NCBI GenBank assembly: GCA_963662405.2
Contig: CAXXKT010000001.1
Location: forward strand, 1,792,001 to 1,856,000
Reading direction: 5' to 3'
DNA: 64,000 nucleotides
Source of the DNA: Syntrophales bacterium
GTDB taxonomy: Bacteria; Desulfobacterota; Syntrophia; Syntrophales; UBA2210
The notes below the pieces were generated by a model. It was given only the letters and a program-made list of their open reading frames with translations. It was not told where the DNA came from and searched no databases. The position numbers and the translations under genes were made by a program. This document shows positions 62,116 to 64,000 of the stretch, in pieces; position 1 is the first letter of the stretch; each line of letters starts with the position of its first letter.

Positions 62116-64000
62116 ATGAAGAAGATCAAGATTACGTGTATAGGGAATTACCCGCCGCGGGAATGCGGGATTGCGACCTTTACAAGGGATCTGGTCGAAT
62201 CGATGGAACTGACCGATCGGGTCGAGTGCTCCGTTGTCGCGATGAATGATGAGGGTCAGGATTACCCGTATCCCGAGAAGGTACGATATGTCGTTCGGCA
62301 GAACCATCAACGGGATTATCTCAAGGCGGTCAAATTTATCAATTACAGTGATGCCGATGCCTGTGTGCTGGAGCATGAATTCGGGATATTCGGCGGCGAC
62401 AGCGGCATTTACATCCTTCCGTTCATCCATCGGCTGAAGATTCCCCTTGTTGCTACCCTTCATACGATCCTTGAGAAGCCTTCCTATAACGAAAGGGCCA
62501 TCATCCATGAGATCGGTGATAAGGCCGAGAAGGTGGTGGTGATGAGCCATCGTGCGATCAAGTTCCTGACCGAAATCTATGATGTCCGACCGGATAAGAT
62601 TGAGCTTATTGAACACGGTGTCCCCGACCTCGATCTTGTTCAGAGAAATCAGTATAAAAAGAAGTTTAATCTGGAGGGCAAAAAGGCCATCTTTACCTTT
62701 GGCCTTCTAAGCCGAAGCAAGGGGATCGAAACAGTAATCCAGGCCCTGCCGCAGGTTGTTCTGAAACATCCGGAAGTTGTATTCATCATATTGGGAAAAA
62801 CACATCCGGCCGTGTTGCGTACTTCGGGCGAGGAGTACCGGAATTATCTGCGACGCCTGGTAGAAAAAAATAAGCTGAGAGAAAACGTCTATTTCTATAA
62901 TAGATTTGTCAGCGCAACGGAACTGTTTGAGTACCTGTCCGCCATCGATATCTACATAACCCCCTATCTGAATGAGGCCCAGATCACCAGTGGGACCCTG
63001 GCCTATGCGGTCGGAGCGGGGGCGGCCGTCATTTCTACGCCTTACTGGCACGCGCAGGAGCTCCTGGCGGATGGGAGAGGAAGGCTGTTTGATTTTCACG
63101 ATTCAAACGCGCTGGCCGGTATTCTCAACGAACTGCTGGACAACCCTTCAGTTCTGTCCGAATTACGGCGCAAGGCGTACACCTACGGACGGCAGATGAC
63201 ATGGCCCGTTATCGGGGAGAAATATGCCAATCTCATGTATGATGTGGCGCAATCCTATCAGGAGGTGAGCGCCAGAGAGGATGCTATCGTCGATCCGCTG
63301 GTTCTCCCCCCATTCGATCTGGCCCACGTCAGGCAGCTCACCGACGATACCGGTATCATCCAGCATGCGAACTACAGCGTGCCGAGCCGGAAAGAGGGGT
63401 ATTGCCTGGACGACAATGCCCGGGGACTGTTGATGGCAACCATGGCCTACCACCAGAAGAGAGACCCGGCGCCCCTGGGTCTTCTGCCCACGTATCTCAG
63501 CTACATCGATTACATGCAGCGTGATGACGGCCTGTTCAGGAACTTCTTGAGCTATAATAGAAGTTTTCTGGATGAGGTCGGATCGGATGATGCGTTCGGA
63601 CGAACCATATGGGCCTTGGGATTCCTTATCCGTTTCTCCCCCCACGACGCCTTCTTTCAACTGGCTAACCAACTGTTCGCCAAGGCATATCCGCATTTCC
63701 GGAACATCCGTTCTATTCGGGGGATTGCCGACACGATCATTGGTGTCTGCCATTATCTCCATCGCTATTCGAGTGATGAGGGGATGAATGAAACCCTTAA
63801 GGAGATGGTACGGCGGATCGTTGCACAGTACGAAGACGAGGCCGATGGCCAGTGGCACTGGTTTGAACCAACGGTGACCTATGACAACGGCATTATTCCC
63901 CTGGCTTTGTTCCATGCCTGTGAAATAACCGGTGATGAGAAGGCCCTGGCCGTCGCCCGTGAGATGACGGACTTTCTCGAGGGGATTGTCTTCAGAGACG
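62116..64000 (+). CDS. GT4-family glycosyltransferase with C-terminal extra domain, 3'-truncated (absent from ORF track)
   Basis: AAGGAG then ATG 62116: MKKIKITCIGNYPPRECGIATFT...EHEFGIFGG...KGIE...SGTLAYA...LTDDTGIIQHA...GYCLDDNAR; open to window end. Confidence 0.88.
   Translation, partial: MKKIKITCIGNYPPRECGIATFTRDLVESMELTDRVECSVVAMNDEGQDYPYPEKVRYVVRQNHQRDYLKAVKFINYSDADACVLEHEFGIFGGDSGIYILPFIHRLKIPLVATLHTILEKPSYNERAIIHEIGDKAEKVVVMSHRAIKFLTEIYDVRPDKIELIEHGVPDLDLVQRNQYKKKFNLEGKKAIFTFGLLSRSKGIETVIQALPQVVLKHPEVVFIILGKTHPAVLRTSGEEYRNYLRRLVEKNKLRENVYFYNRFVSATELFEYLSAIDIYITPYLNEAQITSGTLAYAVGAGAAVISTPYWHAQELLADGRGRLFDFHDSNALAGILNELLDNPSVLSELRRKAYTYGRQMTWPVIGEKYANLMYDVAQSYQEVSAREDAIVDPLVLPPFDLAHVRQLTDDTGIIQHANYSVPSRKEGYCLDDNARGLLMATMAYHQKRDPAPLGLLPTYLSYIDYMQRDDGLFRNFLSYNRSFLDEVGSDDAFGRTIWALGFLIRFSPHDAFFQLANQLFAKAYPHFRNIRSIRGIADTIIGVCHYLHRYSSDEGMNETLKEMVRRIVAQYEDEADGQWHWFEPTVTYDNGIIPLALFHACEITGDEKALAVAREMTDFLEGIVFRD

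Overview
GC-rich bacterial chromosomal window. Gene content and style suggest an anaerobic deltaproteobacterium (Desulfobacterota/Syntrophales-like); this is inference. It holds about 45 genes. Left to right: (1) a surface-protein block with a truncated IPTL-CTERM adhesin, a PEP-CTERM protein, a PilZ protein and a VpsT/CsgD-like LuxR regulator; (2) MFS, PaaI, an amber-interrupted carboxylesterase, USP and a molybdate/tungstate ABC system; (3) methyltransferase, Nudix fusion and acetolactate decarboxylase; (4) a TolC / PAS-fused adaptor / MacB-type exporter plus Na/Pi-family gene, divergent from a STAS / RsbW / NMT1-like binding protein / Cache-HAMP-SpoIIE partner-switch operon; (5) assorted membrane and metabolic genes; (6) an AT-richer islet with a Ser/Thr kinase that has integron-cassette hallmarks (GTTGGGC start, attC-like hairpin, attI-like palindromes, no integrase) next to hicBA; (7) radical SAM, NYN, PAS-HD-GYP, racemase, a hidden pseudogene and two paralogous multi-PAS hybrid kinases; (8) a split GMP synthase subunit and an acn-icd-aclB-aclA operon whose ATP-citrate-lyase homologue has substitutions at several normally conserved active-site positions; (9) a truncated GT4 glycosyltransferase. 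No rRNA, tRNA or CRISPR array was recognised. Family calls and reference residue numbers come from motif recognition and memory, not database searches.
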